A DNA stretch of 64,000 nt from Flavobacteriales bacterium (GTDB lineage: Bacteria > Bacteroidota > Bacteroidia > Flavobacteriales > UBA7312): NCBI GenBank assembly GCA_049890095.1, contig JBMHCD010000007.1, forward strand, positions 16,422-80,421. The letters are read 5' to 3'. The translations under genes were made by a program, and so were the position numbers. The notes below the pieces were generated by a model that worked only from the letters and a program-made list of their open reading frames with translations, was not told where the DNA came from and searched no databases. Shown here piece by piece: positions 28,842-38,744 of the stretch (positions within the stretch are counted from its first letter, which is position 1; each line of letters begins with the position of its first letter).

Positions 28842-28849
28842 TAAATTTG
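28842..28849 (+). promoter_or_regulatory. candidate -7 element TAnnTTTG upstream of the FemAB/GNAT-like ORF
   Basis: TAAATTTG lies 36 nt before the TTG start at 28886. Confidence 0.3.
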
Positions 28850-28885
28850 TAGCCTCAAAAACTACAACACATTAAACGAGCAACT

Positions 28886-29992
28886 TTGAATTTTAAAACG
28901 CACAAGACTCTTTTAACCTTGAGTAAAAACTTGTCAAAACGACCTACCTTTTTGTCTGATGATTTTTTGGGTGTTTTAGTTAAATATCATCAAAAAAATA
29001 TTGCTCATTATTTTATAACTGCTCATGACAAAACCAGTGATAGCTTTATTTATGCTCAAAAGATTAGAATTGGAGGAAGGCAAATAAAAAGCTACAACGA
29101 TAAAAATAATATTCAAAAACTACTCGCCTCTTATTTTTTTAGTTTTTTTTCGTTTAAAATTATTGGCTTTGGCAATAACTTCTTAACTAACGAAACAAGT
29201 GTTTATTTAAACGGAAAATTAGAAGATTCTAATAAATTTTTAACTCGCTTAATTGACTTTGTTTCAAAAAAATATTGTGTTTCTAAACTTCTTTTTCCAG
29301 ATCATTTTTTTAAACCTCTAAAAATCAAAGATCCAGTAAAAATTATTCCACAATTAATAAAAATAGAAGTTGATGAAGAAATGTCATTAGACATAAAACC
29401 TCATTGGAAGACATTTGATGATTATTATAATGACCTCAAAAAAAAGTATAAAAAAAGAATGCGAAACGTTCATTCAAAAAGCCAGTCTATACTATCCAGA
29501 AAACTAACTAAAAAGGACTTAATTTTTTATCAAAAAGATTTACAACGTTTATTTAATCAAGTTCGAGAATCCTCTTCTTTCTATAGTGTTCTCTTCAGCA
29601 CCGATAGTTTTGTTGGTTTTAAAAAAATTGACAATCCTAAATCCGTTGTATACGGCTACTTTTTAGAAGAAAAACTAGTCGCTTTTAGTTCTGAATGGCA
29701 AGTTCAAGAAACGCTTTATTCCTACTTTATCGGTCTAGAATATCGTCTAAACAAAAAACATAGTATTTACGATAGGATGTTATATCAGACTATTGAAAAT
29801 GGCATATTATTAAATGCTAAAAAAATTATTTTCGGAAGAACTGCTGCCGAATTCAAAAGTAATTTTGGTGCTGTACCAAAAAAATCTTACCTCTACATAT
29901 ATCTTAAAAATCCACTACTAAGGTTTATTTTAAGGCCTATTTTATCAAGAATTACACCAAAAAAGTGGATACAACGAAATCCATTTAAATAG
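28886..29992 (+). CDS. hypothetical protein, FemAB / BioF2-like GNAT-fold acyltransferase candidate
   Basis: 368 aa with a TTG start and no in-frame ATG near the 5' end. The pattern KPHWKTFDDYYNDLKKKYKKRMRN...YFIGLEYRLNKKHSIYDRMLYQTIENG...FGRTAAEFKSNFGA resembles the CelD/Acetyltransf_6 family. This is recall-based and not verified. Confidence 0.45.
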   Translation: MNFKTHKTLLTLSKNLSKRPTFLSDDFLGVLVKYHQKNIAHYFITAHDKTSDSFIYAQKIRIGGRQIKSYNDKNNIQKLLASYFFSFFSFKIIGFGNNFLTNETSVYLNGKLEDSNKFLTRLIDFVSKKYCVSKLLFPDHFFKPLKIKDPVKIIPQLIKIEVDEEMSLDIKPHWKTFDDYYNDLKKKYKKRMRNVHSKSQSILSRKLTKKDLIFYQKDLQRLFNQVRESSSFYSVLFSTDSFVGFKKIDNPKSVVYGYFLEEKLVAFSSEWQVQETLYSYFIGLEYRLNKKHSIYDRMLYQTIENGILLNAKKIIFGRTAAEFKSNFGAVPKKSYLYIYLKNPLLRFILRPILSRITPKKWIQRNPFK

Positions 29993-30102
29993 CATTTTTT
30001 ACATAAAAACACTTAAAAACATTAAAAAAACGTTGATTTTTAATACTTTTTTAATGAAAATCTAAATTTTTTAAAAATTTCCTCTAGTTATAAATTTTAT
30101 GA

Positions 30103-30110
30103 TAGTTTTG
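30103..30110 (+). promoter_or_regulatory. candidate -7 element TAnnTTTG immediately upstream of neuA
   Basis: TAGTTTTG ends 5 nt before the ATG at 30116. Confidence 0.3.
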
Positions 30111-30115
30111 TGAAA

Positions 30116-30793
30116 ATGGATTTAAGTAATTTTTTGATTGTAATACCTGCAAGAGCAGGCTCTAAGCGGTTTAAAGGAAAAAATCGAGCTATTTTAGACA
30201 ATAAACCTCTTATTTGTCATTCAATAGAATATGCACAAAACTTAGGTAATATTGACATCGTAATTTCTACTAACGATTCCTTAATCAAACCAATAGCAGA
30301 AAAATATAATGTGCCTTTAATCTGGAGAAATGAGCAGTTAAGTACAGACTACACTCCTACGATAGATGTTTTGCTCGACGCGATTAATAAAGTAGATAAG
30401 AAATATAAATACATCATTTTACTGCAACCTACTAACCCGTTGAGGCCAAAAAACATTTTTGATGATTGCTTAGAAATGTTAAGCAAAAATGAACATGATT
30501 CTATTATTTCTGTTTCTAAAAACAGTTTAAAGTATGGTAAAATAGATAATGGTATTTTCAAGCCTTTGAATTATGGTTTTGGTCAAAGAAGTCAAGATTT
30601 AGATTCTATATTTTTCGAAAATGGTTTACTATATATTATCCCTACCACTATTTTAGAGAAAAATACTATTATGTCAGAAAATCCACAAGCTTTAATTGTA
30701 AATCATCCCTTTGCAAGTGTCGATATAGACTATGAAGAAGACTTAATTTGGGCTGAATATTTATTAAAAAAATATCCGAATGAAAACGTTTGA
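30116..30793 (+). CDS. neuA: acylneuraminate (nonulosonate) cytidylyltransferase
   Basis: 225 aa from the ATG at 30116 (the ORF track uses GTG at 30110). The CTP-transferase-3 motif is [15 protein letters not shown], and LLQPTNPLR is present. Confidence 0.85.
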   Translation: MDLSNFLIVIPARAGSKRFKGKNRAILDNKPLICHSIEYAQNLGNIDIVISTNDSLIKPIAEKYNVPLIWRNEQLSTDYTPTIDVLLDAINKVDKKYKYIILLQPTNPLRPKNIFDDCLEMLSKNEHDSIISVSKNSLKYGKIDNGIFKPLNYGFGQRSQDLDSIFFENGLLYIIPTTILEKNTIMSENPQALIVNHPFASVDIDYEEDLIWAEYLLKKYPNENV

Positions 30794-31817
30794 AATAGCA
30801 GGTCGTAAAATAGGCCCATCATATCCTCCTTTAGTAATTGCTGAAATAGGCATTAATCATAATGGAAGTATTCAAGTAGCAAAAGAAATGGTCGATGCTG
30901 CTCATAGAGCTGGAGCAGAAGTAATAAAGCATCAAACTCATATTGTTGAGGATGAAATGAGTGGAGCTGCAAAAAAAGTAATTCCAGGAAATGCTGACAT
31001 CTCTATTTTTGACATTATGAAAAATTGTTCTCTCAATTATGAGGATGAACTGGAGTTAAAAAATTATGTGGAAAATAAAGGTCTAATCTTTATTAGCACT
31101 CCTTTTTCTAGAGCCGCTGCAGATCGACTTGAAAGTTGGAATGTAAAAGCTTACAAAATTGGTTCTGGTGAATGCAATAATTATCCATTATTAGAACACA
31201 TTGCCCAATTTAACAAACCTGTAATTTTAAGCACAGGAATGAACACTATAGCCAGCGTAAAAAAAGCTGTTAATATTTTTAAAAAATACAAAGTGAATTT
31301 GGCACTTTTACATACTACAAATTTGTATCCTACTCCTAATAATTTAGTTCGATTGGGTGCAATGCAAGAATTAAGTGATGCTTTTCCAGATTATGTTTAT
31401 GGGCTTTCTGATCACACTATAAGTAATCACGCCTGTTTTGGAGCTGTTGCTTTAGGAGCGTCAATACTAGAGCGACATTTTACTGACCATATGCAAAGAA
31501 CCGGCCCAGATATTGTATGCTCAATGGACGAACAAAATTGTAAAGAACTAATAGAAGGTTCTAAAATAATATGGCAACAAAGCGGAGGAAAAAAAGTACC
31601 TGCAAAAGAAGAACAAGTTACCATAGACTTTGCTTTTGCTACAGTTTGTACCATTAAAAATATATCCAAAGGAGAAACGTTTTCGAAAGATAATATATGG
31701 GTAAAAAGACCTGGAACAGGAGCTATTTTAGCAGAGCATTTTAATTCTTTAATTGGAAAAAAAGCTCTTAGGGATATCAATAATGACGAACAATTAGATT
31801 GGACAGATTTTGAATAG
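30780..31817 (+). CDS. neuB: N-acetylneuraminate (nonulosonate) synthase with C-terminal SAF domain
   Basis: 345 aa. Motifs are [17 protein letters not shown] and GLSDHT, with a SAF-like tail (IWVKRPGTG). It overlaps neuA by 14 nt. Confidence 0.9.
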   Translation: MKTFEIAGRKIGPSYPPLVIAEIGINHNGSIQVAKEMVDAAHRAGAEVIKHQTHIVEDEMSGAAKKVIPGNADISIFDIMKNCSLNYEDELELKNYVENKGLIFISTPFSRAAADRLESWNVKAYKIGSGECNNYPLLEHIAQFNKPVILSTGMNTIASVKKAVNIFKKYKVNLALLHTTNLYPTPNNLVRLGAMQELSDAFPDYVYGLSDHTISNHACFGAVALGASILERHFTDHMQRTGPDIVCSMDEQNCKELIEGSKIIWQQSGGKKVPAKEEQVTIDFAFATVCTIKNISKGETFSKDNIWVKRPGTGAILAEHFNSLIGKKALRDINNDEQLDWTDFE

Positions 31818-32943
31818 CATAAATAAAAAAATTCTTTTTTTGAGTGGCACAAGAGCTGATTTTGGAAAATTAAAATCTTTAATTAGAATAACACAAAACG
31901 CATCTAACTTTGAAGCTCATATTTTTGTAACAGGTATGCACTTACAAAAGAAATATGGATATACAGTAAACGAAATAGAAAAGTCTGGGTTTAAAAATAT
32001 TTACACCTTTGAAAACCATACTGCTGAATCGACAATGGACTTAACCCTCTCCAAAACTATCGAAGGTTTGTCGTCTTACATCAAATCTTTGCAGCCTGAT
32101 CTAATTGTTGTTCATGGAGATCGTGTTGAAGCTTTGGCAGGTGCTATTGTAGGCTCATTAAATAATATTTTAGTTGGACACATTGAAGGAGGAGAACTAT
32201 CTGGAACTATTGATGAATTAATAAGGCATTCTGTTAGTAAAATGAGTCATATTCATTTTGTGTCAAATAATGAAGCAAAAAGTCGACTAATTCAGATGGG
32301 AGAGCTAGAAGATCATATTTATATAATTGGGTCGCCAGATTTAGACATCATGTTTTCGTCCGAACTTCCTAGTATTAATACAGTTAAAGAATATTATAAC
32401 ATTCCCTTTAAAAATTATTCTTTAGTAATGATGCATCCTGTTACGACAGAATTGAATCAAGTAGAATATCAGTCTAAAAATCTTGTTAATGCTCTTCTAA
32501 AAACGAAAGAAAATTTTGTGTTGATATACCCTAACAACGATATGGGTTCTTCAAAAATCATTCAAGTTTACGAACAGTTAAAAGATCAACCAAACTTTAA
32601 AGTTTTCCCTTCATTAAGGTTTGAGTATTTTTTAGTTCTATTAAAAAATTGTCAGTATATGATTGGAAACAGCAGTGCTGGTGTAAGAGAAACTCCATAT
32701 TATAATATTGCTAGTGTAAATATTGGCACAAGACAACAAAACAGAGCAAAAAATGATTCTATAATAAACTGCGGTTATTCTGAAGCAGAAATTTTGGCTG
32801 CTATTAAAAAGACTAAATCTCCCATTACAACCAAAAACAAAACTTCTTTTGGAATGGGAAATAGTGATGAATTATTTTATTCTATTTTAAACACCGAATC
32901 CATTTGGAATATCCCATGTCAAAAACAATTTAATGATCTTTAA
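31810..32943 (+). CDS. neuC: UDP-N-acetylglucosamine 2-epimerase (hydrolysing), NeuC type
   Basis: 377 aa with a TTG start overlapping the neuB stop by 8 nt. Motifs are [27 protein letters not shown] and [14 protein letters not shown]. Confidence 0.88.
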   Translation: MNSINKKILFLSGTRADFGKLKSLIRITQNASNFEAHIFVTGMHLQKKYGYTVNEIEKSGFKNIYTFENHTAESTMDLTLSKTIEGLSSYIKSLQPDLIVVHGDRVEALAGAIVGSLNNILVGHIEGGELSGTIDELIRHSVSKMSHIHFVSNNEAKSRLIQMGELEDHIYIIGSPDLDIMFSSELPSINTVKEYYNIPFKNYSLVMMHPVTTELNQVEYQSKNLVNALLKTKENFVLIYPNNDMGSSKIIQVYEQLKDQPNFKVFPSLRFEYFLVLLKNCQYMIGNSSAGVRETPYYNIASVNIGTRQQNRAKNDSIINCGYSEAEILAAIKKTKSPITTKNKTSFGMGNSDELFYSILNTESIWNIPCQKQFNDL

Positions 32944-32950
32944 AAAAATT

Positions 32951-33655
32951 ATGAAATATCTAATTGCCATTTTTTGTGGAATTACCACTTTCGTTTCTTG
33001 TGGTCAAAAAAATTCCGAAATAAAAAGTTTAGACCCTATTGCATTTAAAAATGCGATAAATGAAAATGCAATCATTTTAGATGTACGAACACCCCAGGAA
33101 GTAAGTTCAGGAATGATTGGGGGTGCAAGCACTTTGGATTTTTACTCAGAAAATTTTGAAAACTCATTAGCTTTAATTCAAAAAGACAAAGAGGTATTTG
33201 TGTACTGCTTAAGCGGAGGTAGAAGCTCTAAAGCTGCAAAAAAATTAGTTGAATTAGGTCAGCATAAAGTGTACAATCTTAAAGGTGGAATACGAGCATG
33301 GAAAAAAGAAAACCTGCCTATAACTGAAAATCAAAATACTTCTATAGAAAATCAAGCCATTGTAATTAGCCAAGACAGTTTAAATGCAATTATATATGAA
33401 CATAATACCGTTTTAGTTGCTTTTCAAACTAAATGGTGTGCACCTTGTCGAAAAATGGAACCAATAATAGACTCTTTAGAACTTAACAATGCAAGGGTAC
33501 ATTTTTTAAAAATAGATATGGACAAAAACGATGCTTTAGCTAAAAATATGAATGTAGAAAGCATTCCTACCTTTCTGATTTTCAAAAACCAAAAGGAAAT
33601 TTGGAGGTCGAGCGGAATTCAGACTATGGAGAAACTAAGCTCTCTCCTGCAATAA
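32951..33655 (+). CDS. rhodanese-thioredoxin fusion lipoprotein
   Basis: The ATG at 32951 gives a lipobox (FVSCGQK). The rhodanese active loop is VYCLSGGRSSKAA. The thioredoxin motif is WCAPCRKM. Confidence 0.8.
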   Translation: MKYLIAIFCGITTFVSCGQKNSEIKSLDPIAFKNAINENAIILDVRTPQEVSSGMIGGASTLDFYSENFENSLALIQKDKEVFVYCLSGGRSSKAAKKLVELGQHKVYNLKGGIRAWKKENLPITENQNTSIENQAIVISQDSLNAIIYEHNTVLVAFQTKWCAPCRKMEPIIDSLELNNARVHFLKIDMDKNDALAKNMNVESIPTFLIFKNQKEIWRSSGIQTMEKLSSLLQ

Positions 33656-34423
33656 AAACTCTAATGTTTTTTGATTAAAAATAAGCGGTTGATCATTATT
33701 TGCAATATGTCCAGACTTTGGAACTTTAAACAAAGTGCAATTAATCCTGGAACTCACAAATTCTTTGATATGATTTACAAATAAATGATCTTCTTCGCCA
33801 CTTATAAAAAGTGTTGGTTTGTTTATGGTAAGATCTGAAAACTCTTTAATGGACTTTCTGACTTCTGGCAATAATGTAAGCCATCTTTTAAATACTTTAT
33901 GTCTAATTTTTTTGGCTTCTCCTATAAAAAGCAATCTTGATTGCCTATGATTTTGTTTAGGCATAATGATATATGCAAAAAGTTTATATAAAATAATTGG
34001 AGGAATGAACCCCTTAATTAAGTCAGCCAAGTACAATAAAAAATTCGTTCGAAAAGATAATTTCGTAATTGCCCCACAAAGAATCATTTTATTAACTCTA
34101 TGAGGATAATCCTTTGAAATTTTGGTAGCTAAAATTGTTCCTAACGATACTCCTATAAAATTTGCCTTTTTTATCTTCAAAAGGTCCATTACATCCAAAA
34201 TATCTTGAGTTGCCATCTCCAGGTCATAGTTTTTTGGCAAAATAGTTTCATTCGATTTACCATGACCCCTTAAATCAATAAACAAAAGATTAAAGTGCTC
34301 CTTAAAAAACCTCATTTGCTTATGCCAAATGATACTGCTACCTCCAGCACCATGAACAAATGTAATCCATTGATCGCATCCTTCTTTTAAAAGCGTATTG
34401 TAATATATTAACTTGTTATTCAA
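33635..34423 (-). CDS. alpha/beta hydrolase
   Basis: 262 aa. The HGAGGS oxyanion region and the nucleophile elbow GVSLG are present. Confidence 0.8.
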   Translation of the reverse strand: MNNKLIYYNTLLKEGCDQWITFVHGAGGSSIIWHKQMRFFKEHFNLLFIDLRGHGKSNETILPKNYDLEMATQDILDVMDLLKIKKANFIGVSLGTILATKISKDYPHRVNKMILCGAITKLSFRTNFLLYLADLIKGFIPPIILYKLFAYIIMPKQNHRQSRLLFIGEAKKIRHKVFKRWLTLLPEVRKSIKEFSDLTINKPTLFISGEEDHLFVNHIKEFVSSRINCTLFKVPKSGHIANNDQPLIFNQKTLEFLLQERA

Positions 34424-34554
34424 AAGTTTACCCTTAAAGGAACAAATTTAAAGAAATTTAAAATGGTATTAAAAAACATGTTTCATTAAAAAACAAAAAA
34501 CTGATATCTGTGGGAATGCTAAAAAATTCAATTGTATATCTCCTTTTCTATAAT

Positions 34555-34562
34555 TACTTTTG
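34555..34562 (+). promoter_or_regulatory. candidate -7 element TAnnTTTG for ridA-ileS-dksA-like-lspA
   Basis: TACTTTTG lies 22 nt before the ATG at 34585. Confidence 0.35.
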
Positions 34563-34584
34563 AATCTTAAATTTACATAGTGTT

Positions 34585-35004
34585 ATGAGTAGTAAAAAAA
34601 TAGAATCAAGCAAAGCTCCCGAACCAGTTGGTTTGTATCCTCACGCTAGGCAACATGGAAATCTTTTATTCTTATCTGGTGTCGGCCCTAGAGAAAGAGG
34701 AACTAAAAAAATTCCTGGTGTTGAGCTAGACGAAAATGGAAATATTCTTTCTTACGATATTGCTACTCAGTGTAGATCGGTTTTCAACAATATCAAAACA
34801 ATAGTTGAGGAAAGTGGTTCGTCTTGGGACAAAATAATTGATGTTACTGTTTTCTTAACCAATATGAAAGACGACTTTAAAATTTATAATGAAATTTATG
34901 CCGAATACTTTGAAAGCAATCAGCCTTGTAGAACAACCTTAGAGATAAACTGTCTTCCTACACCAATTGCTATAGAATTAAAAGTAATTGCAACACTAGA
35001 TTAA
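34585..35004 (+). CDS. ridA: RidA/YjgF-family reactive intermediate deaminase
   Basis: 139 aa. Motifs are APEPVGLYPHA, LFLSGVG, and the C-terminal PCRTTLE...IELKVIA. Confidence 0.85.
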   Translation: MSSKKIESSKAPEPVGLYPHARQHGNLLFLSGVGPRERGTKKIPGVELDENGNILSYDIATQCRSVFNNIKTIVEESGSSWDKIIDVTVFLTNMKDDFKIYNEIYAEYFESNQPCRTTLEINCLPTPIAIELKVIATLD

Positions 35005-38000
35005 TGAGTAAATACAAAGAATATAGTCATTTAGATTTGGCTAAAACAAATCAAAACGTTTTAGACCAATGGACAAAAAACAATACTTTCCAAAAAAGTG
35101 TTGATACTCGTAAAAACAATCCTTCATTCACTTTTTATGAAGGACCTCCATCAGCTAATGGTCTTCCAGGAATTCATCACGTAATGGGAAGAACTATCAA
35201 AGATATTTTTTGTCGATTTAAAACCTTAGAAGGATACAAAGTGAATCGTAAGGCTGGATGGGACACCCACGGCCTTCCTGTTGAACTTGGAGTCGAAAAA
35301 GAATTAGGGATCACAAAAGAAGACATCGGTAAATCTATTTCTATCGAGGAGTATAACCAAAAATGTCGAACCAATGTGATGAAATTCAAAAACATATGGG
35401 AAGACTTAACCCATAAGATGGGCTATTGGGTGGATATGAGCGACCCTTATATTACATACGACAACAAATACATTGAATCTGTTTGGTGGCTTCTTAGCCA
35501 AATGGACAAAAAAGATATGCTGTACAAAGGGCATACCATACAACCATTTTCTCCAAAAGCTGGAACTGGCTTAAGCTCGCACGAATTAAATCAGCCTGGC
35601 TGTTATAAAGATGTAAAAGACTTATCTGCTGTTGCTCAGTTTTTAGTAGTAAAAAACGGTGATTCTAACTTTCTTTATGGAAATGCTTGGGCAGATGTTT
35701 ACCTTTTAGCTTGGACAACTACCCCTTGGACTCTTCCTTCAAATACAGCATTAGCAGTTGGTAAAAAAATTGATTATTTAGTAGTTAACACATTCAATTC
35801 ATACACTCATAAAGCAATTACGGTAATTGTCGCTAAAGCTTTATTTTCTAAATATTTCCCAGAAAAAAATAAGGCTCTCTCTTTGGATAATTACAATCCA
35901 GGAGATAAAAATATTCCTTATCAAATAGTACATGAGATAAACGGGCAGCAATTAGAGGGTTTAAGGTATGAACAACTACTTCCTTACGCTCAGCCTAAAG
36001 ATGGTGATGCTTTTAAGGTTTTGATAGGAGACTTTGTTACTACCGAAGATGGAACTGGTATTGTTCATCTTGCACCAAGTTTTGGTGCTGATGATAATCT
36101 TGTTGCCAAACAAAATGGTATTGGTTCTTTAACTCTAGTAAACACACAAGGACAATTTACCGATGAAGTTACTGATTTAGCAGGAATGTATGTGAAAAAT
36201 GAATTTTACGATCAAGAAAACAAACCTGAAAAATCGGCTGATATACTAATAACGATCAAGCTAAAAGAGGAAAATAAATGCTTCAAAACAGAGAAATATG
36301 AGCATTCATACCCTCATTGTTGGCGAACGGATAAACCAATTTTATATTACCCATTAGAAAGCTGGTTTGTAAAAACTACTGCCGCTAAAGAAAGAATGGT
36401 AGAACTCAACAAATCTATTAATTGGAAGCCCGAATCAACTGGAGAAGGCAGGTTCGGTAATTGGCTAGAAAATTTAGTTGATTGGAATTTGTCCCGATCT
36501 AGATTTTGGGGAATTCCTTTACCTATTTGGATTAGTGAAAATGGTTCTGAACAAATTTGTATTGGCTCATTAGAACAGCTTAAAAGTGAAATTGAAAAGT
36601 CTATAGAAGCTGGTTTTATGAAAAAAAATCCTCTAAACGATTTTAAACCGGGAGATATGTCAGATAAAAACTATTCTTCATTTGACTTACATAGACCACA
36701 TGTTGATCATATTATCTTATGTTCTCCAAGTGGTATGCCCATGAAAAGAGAATTAGACCTCATAGATGTTTGGTTTGACTCAGGCTCAATGCCTTATGCA
36801 CAACTACATTATCCATTTGAAAATAAAGAAACTTTCGAAAATTCTTTTCCAGCAGACTTTATTGCTGAGGGCGTTGATCAAACTAGAGGTTGGTTCTTCA
36901 CATTACATGCTATTTCTTCTATTTTATTTGATAAAGTAGCATTCAAAAACGTAGTTTCCAACGGACTTGTTTTAGACAAAAAAGGAAACAAAATGTCTAA
37001 ACGATTAGGAAATGCAACAGATCCTTTCGAAACATTATCTAAATACGGTGCCGATGCAACAAGGTGGTACATGATAAGCAATGCACAACCATGGGACAAC
37101 CTAAAATTTGATCTAGAAGGTTTGGATGAAATCAGAAGAAAGTTTTTTGGCACCTTGTACAATACCTATGCATTTTTTGCTTTATACGCTAACATTGATG
37201 GCTTTGGATATAAAGAAAAAGATATTAGCATTGAACAGAGGCCAGAAATTGATCGTTGGATTTTATCCGAATTAAATAGCTTAATTAAAGAAACTGGTAA
37301 CTATTATCAAAGCTATGAGCCTACCAAAGCGGCAAGAGCAATTCAACAATTTGTTAATGACAACCTTAGCAACTGGTATGTAAGGTTATGTCGAAGACGT
37401 TTTTGGAAAGGAGATTATCAACAAGATAAAATATCCGCTTATCAAACGCTTTACACTTGCTTAAATAACATCGCTATTATTTCTAGCCCTATAGCTCCAT
37501 TTTTTATGGATCAGTTATTTAACGATTTAAACAAAGTAAGTAAAAAAACGGATGTAGAATCCGTTCATCTATGCACTTTCCCAGAGTTCAAACAAGAGCT
37601 AATTGATCAAGAATTAGAACAAAGAATGAGATTAGCTCAAGACCTTACCTCATTGGTATTTTCGTTAAGAAAAAAAGAACGAATACGAGTTCGTCAACCT
37701 CTTCAAAAAATGATGGTTCCAATCCAAAATGATAAATTCAAAAAACAAGTAAATTCTATCTCTTCTTTAGTTTTAGCAGAAGTAAATGTTAAAACCCTTG
37801 AGTTTATGGATTCTGAATCTGGAATTTTAGTTAAAAAAATAAAGCCTAACTTTAAAACTCTAGGCCCAAAATTTGGTAGAAATATGAAGTCTATTGCTGC
37901 TGAAATTAATCTATTTGACAGTGATGATATTAAACAAATAGAACAAAAAGGTTTTTCTGAAATAAATGTTAACAACGAAACAATAAAAATAGAGCTTTCC

Positions 38001-38357
38001 GATGTTGAAATCAGCACAGAAGATATTCCGGGTTGGGCTGTTGCATCCATTAATGGAAATACAGTTGCCCTAGACATAAACATAAATGAAAGTCTAAAAA
38101 AAGAAGGATTAGCAAGAGAAGTTATTAATAGAATTCAAAACCTCAGGAAAGACTTAAGCTTTGAAGTAACAGATAGAATTCAAGCTACTATTTTTGCGTG
38201 TGAATCTCTAGAGAACGCGATTAATGACAATTTAAATTATATTTGCTCCGAAACTTTATGTGATGATATTCGTATTGTTTCAAATAAGTTAAATGAAAGA
38301 GAGCTTATCGAGTTAGTTGATAATATTACAACTCAAATAGAAATACATAAATCATAA
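35004..38357 (+). CDS. ileS: isoleucine--tRNA ligase (type 2)
   Basis: 1117 aa. The HIGH-like motif is GIHHVMGRT and the KMSKS motif is KMSKRLGN. Confidence 0.97.
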   Translation: MSKYKEYSHLDLAKTNQNVLDQWTKNNTFQKSVDTRKNNPSFTFYEGPPSANGLPGIHHVMGRTIKDIFCRFKTLEGYKVNRKAGWDTHGLPVELGVEKELGITKEDIGKSISIEEYNQKCRTNVMKFKNIWEDLTHKMGYWVDMSDPYITYDNKYIESVWWLLSQMDKKDMLYKGHTIQPFSPKAGTGLSSHELNQPGCYKDVKDLSAVAQFLVVKNGDSNFLYGNAWADVYLLAWTTTPWTLPSNTALAVGKKIDYLVVNTFNSYTHKAITVIVAKALFSKYFPEKNKALSLDNYNPGDKNIPYQIVHEINGQQLEGLRYEQLLPYAQPKDGDAFKVLIGDFVTTEDGTGIVHLAPSFGADDNLVAKQNGIGSLTLVNTQGQFTDEVTDLAGMYVKNEFYDQENKPEKSADILITIKLKEENKCFKTEKYEHSYPHCWRTDKPILYYPLESWFVKTTAAKERMVELNKSINWKPESTGEGRFGNWLENLVDWNLSRSRFWGIPLPIWISENGSEQICIGSLEQLKSEIEKSIEAGFMKKNPLNDFKPGDMSDKNYSSFDLHRPHVDHIILCSPSGMPMKRELDLIDVWFDSGSMPYAQLHYPFENKETFENSFPADFIAEGVDQTRGWFFTLHAISSILFDKVAFKNVVSNGLVLDKKGNKMSKRLGNATDPFETLSKYGADATRWYMISNAQPWDNLKFDLEGLDEIRRKFFGTLYNTYAFFALYANIDGFGYKEKDISIEQRPEIDRWILSELNSLIKETGNYYQSYEPTKAARAIQQFVNDNLSNWYVRLCRRRFWKGDYQQDKISAYQTLYTCLNNIAIISSPIAPFFMDQLFNDLNKVSKKTDVESVHLCTFPEFKQELIDQELEQRMRLAQDLTSLVFSLRKKERIRVRQPLQKMMVPIQNDKFKKQVNSISSLVLAEVNVKTLEFMDSESGILVKKIKPNFKTLGPKFGRNMKSIAAEINLFDSDDIKQIEQKGFSEINVNNETIKIELSDVEISTEDIPGWAVASINGNTVALDININESLKKEGLAREVINRIQNLRKDLSFEVTDRIQATIFACESLENAINDNLNYICSETLCDDIRIVSNKLNERELIELVDNITTQIEIHKS

Positions 38358-38361
38358 AATT

Positions 38362-38739
38362 ATGGCCGAAAACAAAACAAGATATTCTGACAATGAACTA
38401 GAAGAGTTTCGTCAGATAATAAATCATAAAATTGAGAAAGCAAAAAAAGATTTAGAACTTATCAAAAGTGCTTATATGAATGATTCTAACAACGGTACTG
38501 ATGATACCTCGCCAACATTTAAAGGCTTTGAAGAAGGATCAGAAACCTTATCAAAAGAAGAAAATACACAGTTAGCTCTTCGACAAGAAAAGTTTATTCA
38601 TAATCTAGAAAATGCCCTCAAAAGAATTGAAAATAAAACGTATGGTGTTTGTAGAGTGACTGGAAAGCTTATACAAAAGGAACGATTAAAATTAGTTCCA
38701 CACGCAACATTAAGTATTGAGGCTAAAAGAGGTCAGTAA
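38362..38739 (+). CDS. DksA/TraR-like protein with degenerate zinc finger
   Basis: 125 aa. The coiled-coil N-terminal half is followed by GVCRVTGKLIQKERLKLVPHATLSIEAK, which retains only one of the four canonical Cys. It sits between ileS and lspA. Confidence 0.65.
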   Translation: MAENKTRYSDNELEEFRQIINHKIEKAKKDLELIKSAYMNDSNNGTDDTSPTFKGFEEGSETLSKEENTQLALRQEKFIHNLENALKRIENKTYGVCRVTGKLIQKERLKLVPHATLSIEAKRGQ

Positions 38740-38744
38740 ATACA

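Noticed and set aside
29993-30109. The very AT-rich 117-bp spacer before neuA as a possible repeat or regulatory element.
   Set aside because: It contains only homopolymeric A and T runs and a single promoter-like motif, with no repeat or stable hairpin.
31427-31852. A 141-aa ORF antisense to neuB and the start of neuC.
   Set aside because: This is a shadow ORF inside a confidently identified NeuB gene, and no family is recognisable.
25549-33655. Whether the umuDC / CTD fragment / GNAT-like / neuABC stretch is a horizontally acquired genomic island.
   Set aside because: It has no flanking tRNA, integrase or direct repeats, and I could not discern an obvious compositional break by eye. The accessory-like content alone is not enough. 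A k-mer or GC-skew computation and comparison with relatives would be needed.
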